From Sedimentisphaerales bacterium (GTDB taxonomy: Bacteria; Planctomycetota; Phycisphaerae; Sedimentisphaerales; Anaerobacaceae), in contig OY970194.1 in assembly GCA_963708075.1 (NCBI GenBank), positions 4,000,001 to 4,064,000 of the forward strand: DNA of 64,000 bases. The letters are read 5' to 3'. This document shows positions 19,601 to 29,963 of the stretch, one piece after another. The position numbers and the translations under genes were made by a program. Each line of letters starts with the position of its first letter. Position 1 is the stretch's first letter. Under the pieces are notes generated by a model, which had not been told where the DNA came from, did no database searches, and saw only the letters and a list, made by a program, of their open reading frames with translations.

Positions 19601-22003
19601 ATTCACGTGATCCGAACCATCCGCACACAAGAAGCCAAAGATGGCGGCGGCCGGGCCGATGTTCTGGTGAATGGTGAACTCGCTTCCCATCGGCGAGCAG
19701 CGGTTGCTGAACCATCGCTCATTGCCCGGCCAGGCGTCGATGTCCGGATGGAGCGTCTGGTACGGCCAGGCATGATCCCACGGCCCGATGCCTCGGTCCT
19801 TGTCCTTACGCCAGGGGCTATAGGGAATCAGGCCCGGATGAAAACGCCCGCGGCCGTTGTACCAGGCGTCCATGTGGAAGATCTGGGTGGGATAGCGAGG
19901 TCCGAGACCAGTCACCCAGGTCTGATTGAGACCGTTGCAGCCAAGGAAATAGTCACACGTGGTGTACAGGGCGGCCAGATAGCGCCCGGCACGGTCGGGC
20001 TCGGAGGACCGGGTCAGGGTATAGGCCACGGCGCCTGGAAGCACCAGGGGCGTCGTCTGCTGGCCGACGAGCATGGGCATATAGAAGTCGCCCCCCCACC
20101 GCAGCGCACGCTTGGCCGACGAGGAGAGCAGAGTCTGGTCCGCCGTAAAGAGCGTGGCCGACCGAAGGCGCTGCAGGAGGTCGGCTCGCCGCTCGGCCTT
20201 TCCGCCGCCCAGGGCATAGAGGAATGGTCCGCAGGCAGCCTCGTCGGTGAGCATGCTGTCCGCTTTGATCCACTGGGTATCCGCGGCCAATTGTGACTCA
20301 TAGCTCCCCTCACCCGTGAGCCGGAAAAGGCAAGCAGCGGCATAGGCCCGAGGATAACGGAGACTGCTGCCCATGGCAGTCTCGTCGGTCGCACGTGTAT
20401 TCGCCTGTGCCCATGCGTAGGCTTCTCTCGCTTCCTTTTCCCAATCCACGCCGTTCGGATCGCGCTTCACCCCGGCCAGTTGGTACGTGTAGGCCAGGTG
20501 GGCCGCCGTGCCGGCGTACCGATAGGTAGACCAGGGGTCCTCGCCGGAGACCATCCAGATCCGGTCGGTGTCCTCCCACGAACCACGGCCGACCTTTTTG
20601 CCGTCGGCGGTCGTGCCCTCGTCGCCGCCAAAGGCATCGCCCGCCACGCGCAAGCCCACGCCGCCGGTGCCCCAGCCCTTCGCCATCAGCTCGGCGCGAA
20701 GACGCTGGCAGAACCGCGGCAGCCAGGCGGCCTCATCGAGGATATCCGGGACGCCGTTGCCGCTCTCCGGGAGGTTGAGCTCTCCATCGCCGAACTTGCC
20801 AGGTCCCATTTCATAAACGAGCAGCAGTTCCTGGGCGACGCGCAGGTGCGTGTAGTAGCTGTCCCAATCCCCGGCATCCTGATACCAGCCCCAGGTATCC
20901 TCGAGGGGGCCGGGAGAATCGGCCATGAGCTTCTCGGCGTCGCCCCCCTCACTGCCCCACTCCGGCCAGCGTACCCGCGTGTAGCGGAGCTTGCCGGCAA
21001 AGCCGGGCGTCAGCTTCGGATGATGCGGAGCGGGACGCTCGAATTCCGTATAGGGTTGCCGCAGCGCGATGCCCGAGCGATTGTGATAGAGGGCACGTGC
21101 CACCGTCACAAATGCCGGACGGTAGACATCCGGATCGATGCGAAAGGCCGGGAACAACCTATGCCCTCGATCGGCGGCCACATAGGAGCCGGGTCGATGG
21201 AAGCTGGAGAAGTCACACTCCCAAACGTCGGCGCCAAGGAAATTGCCGTAGGGCGGGGAGTCGGACTTGTGGGCTGTTTCGGGGTTCTCCTTGCCCATGC
21301 GGAAACGTACCCGGCCGCTGAACACATCCGATCCGCTGCTCGTCTCGATCAGATGAAAGAGATGGCCTTCATATGCCTTGAGGTCCAGCGGGCCCCCGTC
21401 GCCCATCCAATGATAAACGTAGGCGTACTTTTGGGGCGCATCGGGGACGTAGCCGAGCGTGTTGACGTGGACCGCCTCGGAGCGGGCCGTGGTTATCTCG
21501 AACTTGAGCGTCCACTCTCTGCCGTTCCTGGCCAGAGTGCCCGTGTTGACCGTGTAGTTCCGTCCCGGCTGCATGGCGGCGGGCAATTCGAGGTAGAGCC
21601 AGTGTTCCTTGGTATGGTCGGGACGCGTGTTGACGGCCCGCCCGTCTTCCCATTTATCGACGAACCATGCGAAGTCGGTGCCTTTGCTCTTGCGGCTCAC
21701 CGTTTGGGGGCCTTTCGCTTCGCGGTAGGCCGGATCGTCCGAGCTCGTGACCGTATAACTCTCCGCCCGCGAGGCAGCGTCGACGTCGAGCGGATCGACA
21801 AAGACCTTCTCTTCACTGCGAGGCTGGCCTCGTTGATGGTGCTGCACGTAGCCATCGTTGAAATGCAGCATCAGAATACGATCGGTCAGCGGTTGGATCT
21901 CGACCAAATCGGAGGCTGTCACGAGCGATGCCATCAGGGCGATGACACCGGCCATGAACGCTGCTGTGGTCCCACCCGATAGATTCATATGCGGTCGCTT
22001 CAT
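19562..22003 (-). CDS. Glycoside hydrolase family 9 protein with Ig-like module
   Basis: 'VHVNTLGY', 'GWYQDAGDWD', 'NGVPDILDEAAW', 'DYFLGCNGLNQTWVTGLG', 'EFTIHQN'. Confidence 0.82.
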   Translation of the reverse strand: MKRPHMNLSGGTTAAFMAGVIALMASLVTASDLVEIQPLTDRILMLHFNDGYVQHHQRGQPRSEEKVFVDPLDVDAASRAESYTVTSSDDPAYREAKGPQTVSRKSKGTDFAWFVDKWEDGRAVNTRPDHTKEHWLYLELPAAMQPGRNYTVNTGTLARNGREWTLKFEITTARSEAVHVNTLGYVPDAPQKYAYVYHWMGDGGPLDLKAYEGHLFHLIETSSGSDVFSGRVRFRMGKENPETAHKSDSPPYGNFLGADVWECDFSSFHRPGSYVAADRGHRLFPAFRIDPDVYRPAFVTVARALYHNRSGIALRQPYTEFERPAPHHPKLTPGFAGKLRYTRVRWPEWGSEGGDAEKLMADSPGPLEDTWGWYQDAGDWDSYYTHLRVAQELLLVYEMGPGKFGDGELNLPESGNGVPDILDEAAWLPRFCQRLRAELMAKGWGTGGVGLRVAGDAFGGDEGTTADGKKVGRGSWEDTDRIWMVSGEDPWSTYRYAGTAAHLAYTYQLAGVKRDPNGVDWEKEAREAYAWAQANTRATDETAMGSSLRYPRAYAAACLFRLTGEGSYESQLAADTQWIKADSMLTDEAACGPFLYALGGGKAERRADLLQRLRSATLFTADQTLLSSSAKRALRWGGDFYMPMLVGQQTTPLVLPGAVAYTLTRSSEPDRAGRYLAALYTTCDYFLGCNGLNQTWVTGLGPRYPTQIFHMDAWYNGRGRFHPGLIPYSPWRKDKDRGIGPWDHAWPYQTLHPDIDAWPGNERWFSNRCSPMGSEFTIHQNIGPAAAIFGFLCADGSDHVNLIHLRKIEEDDD

Positions 22004-22045
22004 TTCTCCTCGCTCATTCCCGACCGACGCGCGTATTCGGAACAA

Positions 22046-23386
22046 CTATTTGCGTGTCTCGGTCTTCTCAGTGCCGATGCAGTAAATGTTCTTCATCCCG
22101 ACGAGGAAGAGTCTGCCATCCGCCGCGGCGGGTGAGGGGTGATTGCCGTCGCCAAGATCATTGATGGCAAGGACACGATACTCAGGCCCCGCCTGAACGA
22201 CATAGCTCTTGCCGGCGTTGGCGAAGAACAGGCGCCCCTTCGGGTCCGCAATCGGGCTGGCCCAGGTGGTGGATATGTCTTGGAGACGCTCGGAATACAG
22301 CTCTTTGCCGGTCGCCATTTCCCAACACTGGAGGAAGCCGGGAGTGCGCAGGCGATACAGATACTTGCCGACGACAATGGGTGAACTTAGGGCTTCGCCT
22401 CTCTGTGTGATGGTCCAGCGAACGTGTGTGTCGGAGACGTCGCCCGAACCGGTCGGATCCACAGCTACGCCCGTGCCGCCCCGGCCATCATCAAAGTAGA
22501 CAAGGCCCTGCCCGTAGGCCGGTGAGGATGCGTCTCCTTCGCCCCGGCACCACCAAAGGAGTTTCCCATCGGCCGGATCAAGACTCTGCAGGGCATCGCC
22601 CGCCTTCTCCATACCCGAGGCCACAAGAAGCATCTGGGGTTTGTCGTTGACCTGAATAATCACGGGTGTGCTGTGCCCGAACTGCATTCGAGGGAGTTTT
22701 CTCTCCCATCTTATATCGCCGCTGGTCTTATCGAAGGCGACGACGCGCGAGTCTTCTTTCTTGGCCATCGCACAGAGAAGGATGACGGTGTCGCCATAGA
22801 GGACCGGGCTGCTGCCCAGAGTGACGTCGAAGGAGTACGGAATAATCGGCTTTCGCCATGCGATGTTGCCCTGGAAATCGATCGCGGCCAGGACCGATGA
22901 GGCGAATGCACAGTAAATGAGCCTGCCATCGGTGACAGGTGTGGCGGCGGCATAGCCTCCGCCCGGCCCGCTGCGGAAATCGTCCCGTAACCAGGGCCCG
23001 GGCGGTACGCGCGTATCCCAGAGCAACCTTCCATCGGACGTGCGATAGCAGGTGACATGATGCTCCGGGATGACCTTCTTCCGGTCTTCCACATCGGCCG
23101 GCCAGTTGACGGTGCAGACGATGACCGCCTGACCCCAGACGATGGGACTGGCGTGCCCCTGGCCCGTAAGCGGCGAAACCCACCGAACGTTCTCGTTTGC
23201 CGGGCCACCCCAGGCGATGGGCAGATTCTCCTCCGTCGTGTAGCCAAGGCCGGTCGGGCCGCGGAAACCCGGCCAGTTCGCCCGGACAAGGGCAGTGGGC
23301 GTTAGAAGAATGCCTGCCAGAACAATGCCCAATATGGCCGACTGGCTCGCGAAAGACTCGAATCCTATCCTGGCATATTTCGTCAT
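22046..23386 (-). CDS. PQQ-like/BamB-type beta-propeller protein
   Basis: 'NWPGFRGP', 'GHASPIVWG', repeated 'G..LW' and 'SSP' blades. Confidence 0.85.
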   Translation of the reverse strand: MTKYARIGFESFASQSAILGIVLAGILLTPTALVRANWPGFRGPTGLGYTTEENLPIAWGGPANENVRWVSPLTGQGHASPIVWGQAVIVCTVNWPADVEDRKKVIPEHHVTCYRTSDGRLLWDTRVPPGPWLRDDFRSGPGGGYAAATPVTDGRLIYCAFASSVLAAIDFQGNIAWRKPIIPYSFDVTLGSSPVLYGDTVILLCAMAKKEDSRVVAFDKTSGDIRWERKLPRMQFGHSTPVIIQVNDKPQMLLVASGMEKAGDALQSLDPADGKLLWWCRGEGDASSPAYGQGLVYFDDGRGGTGVAVDPTGSGDVSDTHVRWTITQRGEALSSPIVVGKYLYRLRTPGFLQCWEMATGKELYSERLQDISTTWASPIADPKGRLFFANAGKSYVVQAGPEYRVLAINDLGDGNHPSPAAADGRLFLVGMKNIYCIGTEKTETRK

Positions 23387-23768
23387 GTTGTATCCCGGTC
23401 CATCTGGTCTGCCAATGGTTTGGCTTTTCACGGACAAACAGGCCTGACTATACACTGGAGTAATGGCGATTCCAACCCAAAACAGGAAGTCACCCAGCGC
23501 GGGTGTACGACAAGATCGTGGCCATCTATGCGGCAGACTGCCGGTAGCGTTCCCATTGGTTGTTGGCCCACAGGCTTACCAGCGTCGCCATGGACGTGAC
23601 GTTGGTCCGATTCCACCGCATCCCGGAACGAGCCCTTTACATAGTACACCGCTATGAGTGCGGCTCTTTGCCCCGGATGGCGGACGTCCGGCTGCGGATG
23701 ATGGCACTCAAAGATCCGCTGATACCACGAGAGTAGAGACGGAGCAGGAATATCCTTTTGTCCGTGGC

Positions 23769-25457
23769 TCAGTGGAGCCGGCATTGGTCGGGGTCGAATC
23801 CGTGCTTGCCCCTGCATGTGCCTGCTTCGGCCGCGCTCGCGACGAAGGCCAGACATCTCACTACGTCTGCCCGCTCCTGCTCGGGATATCTGGAGAGCAG
23901 CGTATCGATAAAGTGATCCAGACGTCTGCAACATTCGTCCGTGTCGCCGGCCGTCCAGTTGCGATCCTGATAGTCCTTGTTCAGTCCAAGCAGGGACATG
24001 CCAAATTGGGCATCACACTCATATCCGATGCGATGGGCTATGTTCATGTTCTCACGACCATACGCCTCAATTTCGCTGAGCACTCTGTCAAGAAGGTGCC
24101 TCTCCCGAGGCTCCTTGTGGTCAAAAAGAGGGATTTCGCGAAACTGAACGTATCTATCGATTCTTTTGATGCGATGACCTTTTCCTGCCTTATCTCTCGA
24201 GAACGGCTCAACAATGGCTATATGCGCCCTGTAGTCCGTGGTGGAGCCCACGTTCACGTTGTGAAATGAGGCTGCCGTCATGAGCCCAACGATTCCACCG
24301 ACACGTGCGTCGCCCTGGCCCGGGCGCATCATGGTTTCTCGATGCGTGTGAGCCGACAGCCAATAATTCGCTTTTCCGTCGATGCACCAGCGGTGGAGCT
24401 CCTGGTTCGCATAAGGGTGTCCGAACAACACGCTCTCGACCGTCTCCCAGGCGCCGTGCAGCATGCTCAAAAACTCAAAGCGCCAGCTCGTCGGAATGTC
24501 ACCACGCTTTCTGTCAAGGTTGTCGGGTGGATAGTGCGAGGCAACGAACCGGAACTCCGGAGGTGGGCCGGCTGAACTGTCTTGGAGATGCGCAATCTGG
24601 CATGGCATCTCGTTGCCCGGCGTGCTCTCGTGATCCCGGGTCGATATGGATCCTTGCATGCCGTAGAAGTCCCATCGGGGGATAAAGGGATCCCATATTG
24701 CCACTTCCGGCCTGAACGAGGTGTCCGCATAGTCCGAGGTGTCTGCGAGGAAGATTTCCACCGTTTTGCCCCCATCCTTCGGAAGGACGAGACGGCCGGC
24801 CAGGTATAGACCGCTGCCATGATCCAGATTGGGGTCCAGCGCATCACGGTTATCGGTATAGCGGAACAGCGTATTCGCAGGCAGGTCACTACTCGCCTGA
24901 TTGAACTCGCTGATCCTTCTGAGCACCTCGTACTTTGTCAGGGAACGGTTGTATGTCGCAGGCAGAGGCGGCGCCTGCTCCGGCCGGAGTCGGTTCAGCA
25001 AGAGGAAACGTGCCAGCGGATCCGACGTATTGCCGACGCCCAGGTAGTCGTGATTTCCTATGACCATGAATATGGGGATGTGGCTTTCTCTTCTATGGTC
25101 GTCGAGCACCGTGAACAACTTCTCTATTTCATTCTCGCCGCCGCTGTTTGCGCCATCGCCAAGGTAGAGAATGACGTCAATGCCTGATGGGAATTGGCGA
25201 AGAGCGATCTGCAACATCTCCGGCGCGAGATGTTCGAGTGCGGGTGGACGAATAGCACATCCAATTCGCTTATCCAGAGATCTGCTGCGATACGGACAAT
25301 CCGGCGTGCTATCCGGCGAGGTGATCTGGGAGTCAGCCAGCAGGCCGATTCGTATCGGCAGAGGGTGCGCAGGTTGGGTTCCGGCACAACCCGGCATGAA
25401 CGAAAGACTCAGAATCGACAGGGTCAACAATCCACAAGTCTGTCCACGATCGCTCAT
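23769..25457 (-). CDS. Metallophosphoesterase (calcineurin-like), probable lipoprotein
   Basis: 'LADSQ', 'YLGDGAN', 'IGNHD', 'ASHYP', 'SAHTH'; lipobox-like MPGC. Confidence 0.75.
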   Translation of the reverse strand: MSDRGQTCGLLTLSILSLSFMPGCAGTQPAHPLPIRIGLLADSQITSPDSTPDCPYRSRSLDKRIGCAIRPPALEHLAPEMLQIALRQFPSGIDVILYLGDGANSGGENEIEKLFTVLDDHRRESHIPIFMVIGNHDYLGVGNTSDPLARFLLLNRLRPEQAPPLPATYNRSLTKYEVLRRISEFNQASSDLPANTLFRYTDNRDALDPNLDHGSGLYLAGRLVLPKDGGKTVEIFLADTSDYADTSFRPEVAIWDPFIPRWDFYGMQGSISTRDHESTPGNEMPCQIAHLQDSSAGPPPEFRFVASHYPPDNLDRKRGDIPTSWRFEFLSMLHGAWETVESVLFGHPYANQELHRWCIDGKANYWLSAHTHRETMMRPGQGDARVGGIVGLMTAASFHNVNVGSTTDYRAHIAIVEPFSRDKAGKGHRIKRIDRYVQFREIPLFDHKEPRERHLLDRVLSEIEAYGRENMNIAHRIGYECDAQFGMSLLGLNKDYQDRNWTAGDTDECCRRLDHFIDTLLSRYPEQERADVVRCLAFVASAAEAGTCRGKHGFDPDQCRLH

Positions 25458-25797
25458 ATACCCCCAACCGGCTCGTGCGAGCCACCGCAACCGGTGAGAC
25501 CGGAAGAAGTAACGATGAACACCCATCCGACAAACAGCAGTCTGGCGACTCCCATTCCCGGGCTCCATTCGAGCATCTACGCGAGGATACAGTGACTTGA
25601 GCATACACAACACCGTAGAGCGTGTCAACGCCGGAGCCACCGGAATATCGTTCTTCTTCGGTCGTTGTGAGTCCGGACTTGCCGCTCGCAGTCACGTGGT
25701 ATACACTAGCCGACGTGTTGGGCCGGCGCTGCTGCACGTCGGATCGCCGATGCGATTCACGGTGTTGGGCGTGGTAGCCTCGAAAAGGAGCACGACA

Positions 25798-27900
25798 ATG
25801 CGCATGCTCATTCTGTCGGTGGCTGTTCTCACTTTGGTCGGTTGCGCGCGCACCCTGGAAATCACCGTCACACACCCCGAGGTCGCAGAACCATCAGTAA
25901 CGGGCACACCCACCGCCGGCGCCGTTTCCATCGATATCACGCCGCCCCCGGGTATGCCGATGGGGGGATATTCCATTCTGGCCAATCGAGGTGTCGGCTT
26001 CCGTACGCGCCTCAAGGCCCGGATCGTATACCTGAATGACGGCAAGGGAAGCTCCATCGCTCTCGTACAGACCGATCTGACGGCCGCGTCGCTTCTGTTG
26101 CACCACAAGGTGGCGGCTGCAGTGGCCGAGCGCACCCATCTCAAGCCGGGCGATATCGCCATAACGGCATCGCACAGCCACTCGACGCCGGTCAACTTCT
26201 TCGACAACGATTTTTACAACGAGCACACGTCCAGCGGTTCGGGGCTGGAGCCTCACTTCCTCGAGTTTGCCGTACAACGTGTGGCACAGGGTATTCTGGA
26301 GGCCTACGAGGCCCGTCGTCCGGCCCGAGTCGCAACGGGGCGAAAGGATATCTACGGCTATAACCGAAACCGGTCCCTGAGTTCCTACGTCCTGAACGAA
26401 AACGTCGGAGAGATGTACCTGGATGATCCACAAGCCGTCTTCAAAGCGGTGAATCCAGCGTTGTATATGGTGCGGATTGACGTGCGGGACGATCAGGGAC
26501 GTTACAAGCCCCTGGCGGCGTTCTCCAGTTTCTCCGTACACGCAACTGCCCTGACGCCGCCTGTGCAGGTGTACAACGCGGACTTATTCGCTTACGCGCA
26601 GAGGGACCTGGAATGGGCGATTCAACGCAAGTATGACACGCCCTGGCCGGTCGTTCATGCGATGACCGCGGGTACGCAGGGTGACATGGCTCCGGCGCTG
26701 CCGGACCGGGGGGACAACACGTTCGGCCAATTCCCCGTGAACTGGAAGGAGGCGCGGGAGCTGGGGCAGGCCATAGGCCATGAGGCTGTCAGTCTGTTCG
26801 AGAGGTTGGACGAAGCGCTCACGGACGAGGTGACCGTGAGCTCTGCGGTGCGAGAACTCAATATTCGCGAACACAATACCGCGGAGGGCGTCACGCTGTG
26901 CGAAGACGCTGCCGTGGGCAATCCTGTGACGGCCGGCGCGTACGAACGCCGTGCGCCGTGGTTGGCCGCGGTGCCCTTCCTGAGAGGCGGCAACGTGATG
27001 TCACGCCGCTGGTGGTTCTTCAAGAATGGCTGCCAGGGCAATAAACGGCATTTCGGCTTCTCGTTCCTGCAACCCCTGATCGTTCCCAAAGACAGCTTTC
27101 CCCATACGGTGCTGTTCCAACTCATTCGCGTGAACGATACGGTGATTCTGCCGCTGCCGTTTGAGGTGACCGCCGAATCAGGCCGTCGTATGGCCGCGAG
27201 GGTGAAACTCGAGTTTGAGCAAGCCGGTGACAGCGGTGTCGAGCACGTGTGGGTAGCCGGCAACGCCAACGGCTATTTTGGCTACACCACCACCCCGGAA
27301 GAATATTCCCGGCAGAATTATGAGGGGGGGCACACGCTCTACGGTCAATACTCCACACCTTACCTCACGGCACAACTCGGTCTGTTGGCGCGTGATCTCA
27401 TCGTCCGGGGCAGCGTACAGGAATTAGCGCCCAGTTGGAAATATCGGCTGAGGACAAACACCTTCTATCCTGAAGACCGAGTCGGTGCGCGCCCTCGCCA
27501 AGTATTGCGACAGCCAACGCCAGTGCGGGCAGGTACCGCATGTGAAGAAGACTATGTTGCTTTCCGCTGGCAGGATGTGGGCCCCAGTGAGATCCGCTTC
27601 CACCAGCCGCTAAGCCGCGTCGAAGCCAGGATCAACGATCAGTGGGTGCTCATGTCGGTGCACGGAGAGCCGATCCATGACGATGGGTATGATCTGGAAG
27701 TCCGTTATCTGGGCGACATGGACAAAGGCATGGGCAAATACGAGCTCCGCTGGTACAACCCGGAACCCGGCGGCGAATACCGTTTTCTGATTGAGCCGCG
27801 AGGCGAGCACCCCGCCCTGGTTAGTCAAGCGTTCCTCTACCGTGGGTTTGCAGGCGGCCAGGACGCGAAAGCGGCGCTGATATTGGCCGCGACCGAGTAA
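25798..27900 (+). CDS. Neutral/alkaline ceramidase family lipoprotein
   Basis: AAGGAG SD; LVGC lipobox; 'ASHSHS', 'SVHAT', 'GTQGDMAP', 'NGYFGYTTTPEEY..QNYEGGHTLYG'. Confidence 0.85.
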   Translation: MRMLILSVAVLTLVGCARTLEITVTHPEVAEPSVTGTPTAGAVSIDITPPPGMPMGGYSILANRGVGFRTRLKARIVYLNDGKGSSIALVQTDLTAASLLLHHKVAAAVAERTHLKPGDIAITASHSHSTPVNFFDNDFYNEHTSSGSGLEPHFLEFAVQRVAQGILEAYEARRPARVATGRKDIYGYNRNRSLSSYVLNENVGEMYLDDPQAVFKAVNPALYMVRIDVRDDQGRYKPLAAFSSFSVHATALTPPVQVYNADLFAYAQRDLEWAIQRKYDTPWPVVHAMTAGTQGDMAPALPDRGDNTFGQFPVNWKEARELGQAIGHEAVSLFERLDEALTDEVTVSSAVRELNIREHNTAEGVTLCEDAAVGNPVTAGAYERRAPWLAAVPFLRGGNVMSRRWWFFKNGCQGNKRHFGFSFLQPLIVPKDSFPHTVLFQLIRVNDTVILPLPFEVTAESGRRMAARVKLEFEQAGDSGVEHVWVAGNANGYFGYTTTPEEYSRQNYEGGHTLYGQYSTPYLTAQLGLLARDLIVRGSVQELAPSWKYRLRTNTFYPEDRVGARPRQVLRQPTPVRAGTACEEDYVAFRWQDVGPSEIRFHQPLSRVEARINDQWVLMSVHGEPIHDDGYDLEVRYLGDMDKGMGKYELRWYNPEPGGEYRFLIEPRGEHPALVSQAFLYRGFAGGQDAKAALILAATE

Positions 27901-28012
27901 CCGATGTTGATCTGAGTTCATAGCGGGTCTTGCGTGCCGGTGGGGGTGCGTAGATTCTTCACCAGAACGCGATTGCGCATGTCGGCTGAATGCTGCTCCC
28001 CTCGGCGGACTA

Positions 28013-28598
28013 CTATGGCAGACAATCCTGGGGTGCGAGGGTTCTCGTACCGACCCTTGCCTGCCTGGAACATCGAGCATGCCTCCCGGACTTGCGTCTC
28101 ACGATCTTTGACGTAGGCATCAACCTTCTGCGGGTCCGGCGTGACGGGCGTGAGTTTCGCCAACCACTTCTGCACGTTCTTGAGCTGACCGCTTTTGTAG
28201 TTGGCGTCCGTCACCGGATCAAGAGCCACCCTGGCCTTCATGACGCCCATGACCGGGTTGGCCTTGATGACGTAATGTTTGTTCGCAGCAAGATCCGCCT
28301 TTACACACGACCAGTTCTCGGCCCGCGCGAGGAAGTAATGCTCCCCGGGGGCAACCTGGCACTGAATACAGGTTCCGGAGTTCAACACCCCTATCAGGTT
28401 CTCGCCGTCCCACATGCCAAACGAAATCGCGGCGCCAAAACCGCTGGGACGTATGAAAGTCACCAAAGCCTTATCCTGCTGCGACGTCGAAATCCTCTCC
28501 GTTTTGGTCATGAAACCGCCCGCCGAACTACACCCCGAGGCCAGCAATGCCACAAGGACGGGCAAAGCAACTGTAAGACCCATCAACGCTCTCTTCAT
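28013..28598 (-). CDS. DUF2846-like lipoprotein; probable frameshift near 28043 (ORF as read extends to 27918)
   Basis: LASGC lipobox; 'VTFIRPS', 'VAPGEHYF..AEN'. Confidence 0.65.
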
Positions 28599-29036
28599 TT
28601 TCTGTCTCCCTGAGAAGTGAATGCAGACAACTCAATCCGCCCGGAATGGCCGCTCACCTTGCCTGGCTATTCCTAACGCAAGACGGATCTCTCCACAAGT
28701 GCCTCAGAATTGATGCCGCCGTACAGATGGGCCGCACCTTCAAACTACCAGACCTGGCGCCCAGCATCATAGCCATTCTCCTGTCCCCTTGAATAACCTC
28801 CACGCAGGTCGCCTCACCTCTTCCTGTGCCGGACGCGGGGCAGGCGAACAGACTTTATCGACTATATCTTGTGCCGGTCAAGCAAAAAAAAGGCGGCTGT
28901 TTTGAAGAAATTCTATTCCCAATTTTCTCCTTAGGCCAGCACGTTCCGTTGCCACGATCATGAAGGAGGATCGGCGGCTTTCTTCTCTGCCCATGGGATG
29001 ACGCTGTGCTCTTGAAGACCGCGGCGACGAGGCGAG

Positions 29037-29963
29037 CTATACCTGCCACATGTCATGGAAGTTGAGAAATTGCCAGGGGTGGGACATGACGAAGGCTTCC
29101 AAGGCGTCGACGAACTGTTGCAGATACGGCTTGTATGCGGTGTTGAGCCGTCCGAGGCCGGCGGGCACGTGGATGATGCACGCCAACTCAATCCGGTAGC
29201 TCGAGAAGCCGGTCTTATGGCTGAAGACAACCGCGATCGGGGTGCCCTGCATGGATGAAAGACGATAGGGACTGACAGGAAAATGTACAGGGGCTCCGAG
29301 GAAAGAGGCTTGCAGTGTGTTCGGGTCATTGCCAAAGACACGATCTGCCATCAATCCGAGGACGTGATTGTCCTTGAGTGCGGCGATCATCTGCAGGACT
29401 CCGCCCATCGGCTGTGCCGGATCGATGATCGAGAACGGCACTTCTCTCCCGGCACAATCGAACCATCTCGGATCGATGTCAGCGGCCTCTTGGTGCATGA
29501 CAATGCTCACCGGGGTTTGAAGGTAGCTGAACGCGGACATTGCCACTTGCCAGCATCCGACGTGGCTGTTGAGGATGATCAGACCCCGGCCCTCATCAAT
29601 CAGCTCCCGCAGGCGCGAACCTTCGTGGAAATCCACCCGCAGGGCGTTGGGCCCGAGCAGACCGAAGACAGCCCGATCGATCAGCGATTCGCCCAAAACT
29701 TCAATCCGGCGGTAATCATGCCACAGCCGCACGAGAGGATTTCGTACCTTGGGGAAACGTCTGTCCAGGTAGTACCTGCACCGGCGACGCACGAACGGGC
29801 GGAGCAGTACATACCATGCGACCACCACATACATGCACACGTAAGCCAGGCGGCGCCCCCCTGCGCGGATCAGGAAAGCGAAGAATGCAAACTGCCAGCG
29901 TTTGCCCATGCTTCGTGAATCCCACTGGGCGTTGGAGATGGGGCCCTGAGGTTCAGAACGCAT
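29037..29963 (-). CDS. Lipid A lauroyltransferase-like (LPLAT) acyltransferase
   Basis: 'SHVGCWQ', 'LMADR', 'HPWQFLNFHDMW'. Confidence 0.85.
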   Translation of the reverse strand: MRSEPQGPISNAQWDSRSMGKRWQFAFFAFLIRAGGRRLAYVCMYVVVAWYVLLRPFVRRRCRYYLDRRFPKVRNPLVRLWHDYRRIEVLGESLIDRAVFGLLGPNALRVDFHEGSRLRELIDEGRGLIILNSHVGCWQVAMSAFSYLQTPVSIVMHQEAADIDPRWFDCAGREVPFSIIDPAQPMGGVLQMIAALKDNHVLGLMADRVFGNDPNTLQASFLGAPVHFPVSPYRLSSMQGTPIAVVFSHKTGFSSYRIELACIIHVPAGLGRLNTAYKPYLQQFVDALEAFVMSHPWQFLNFHDMWQV

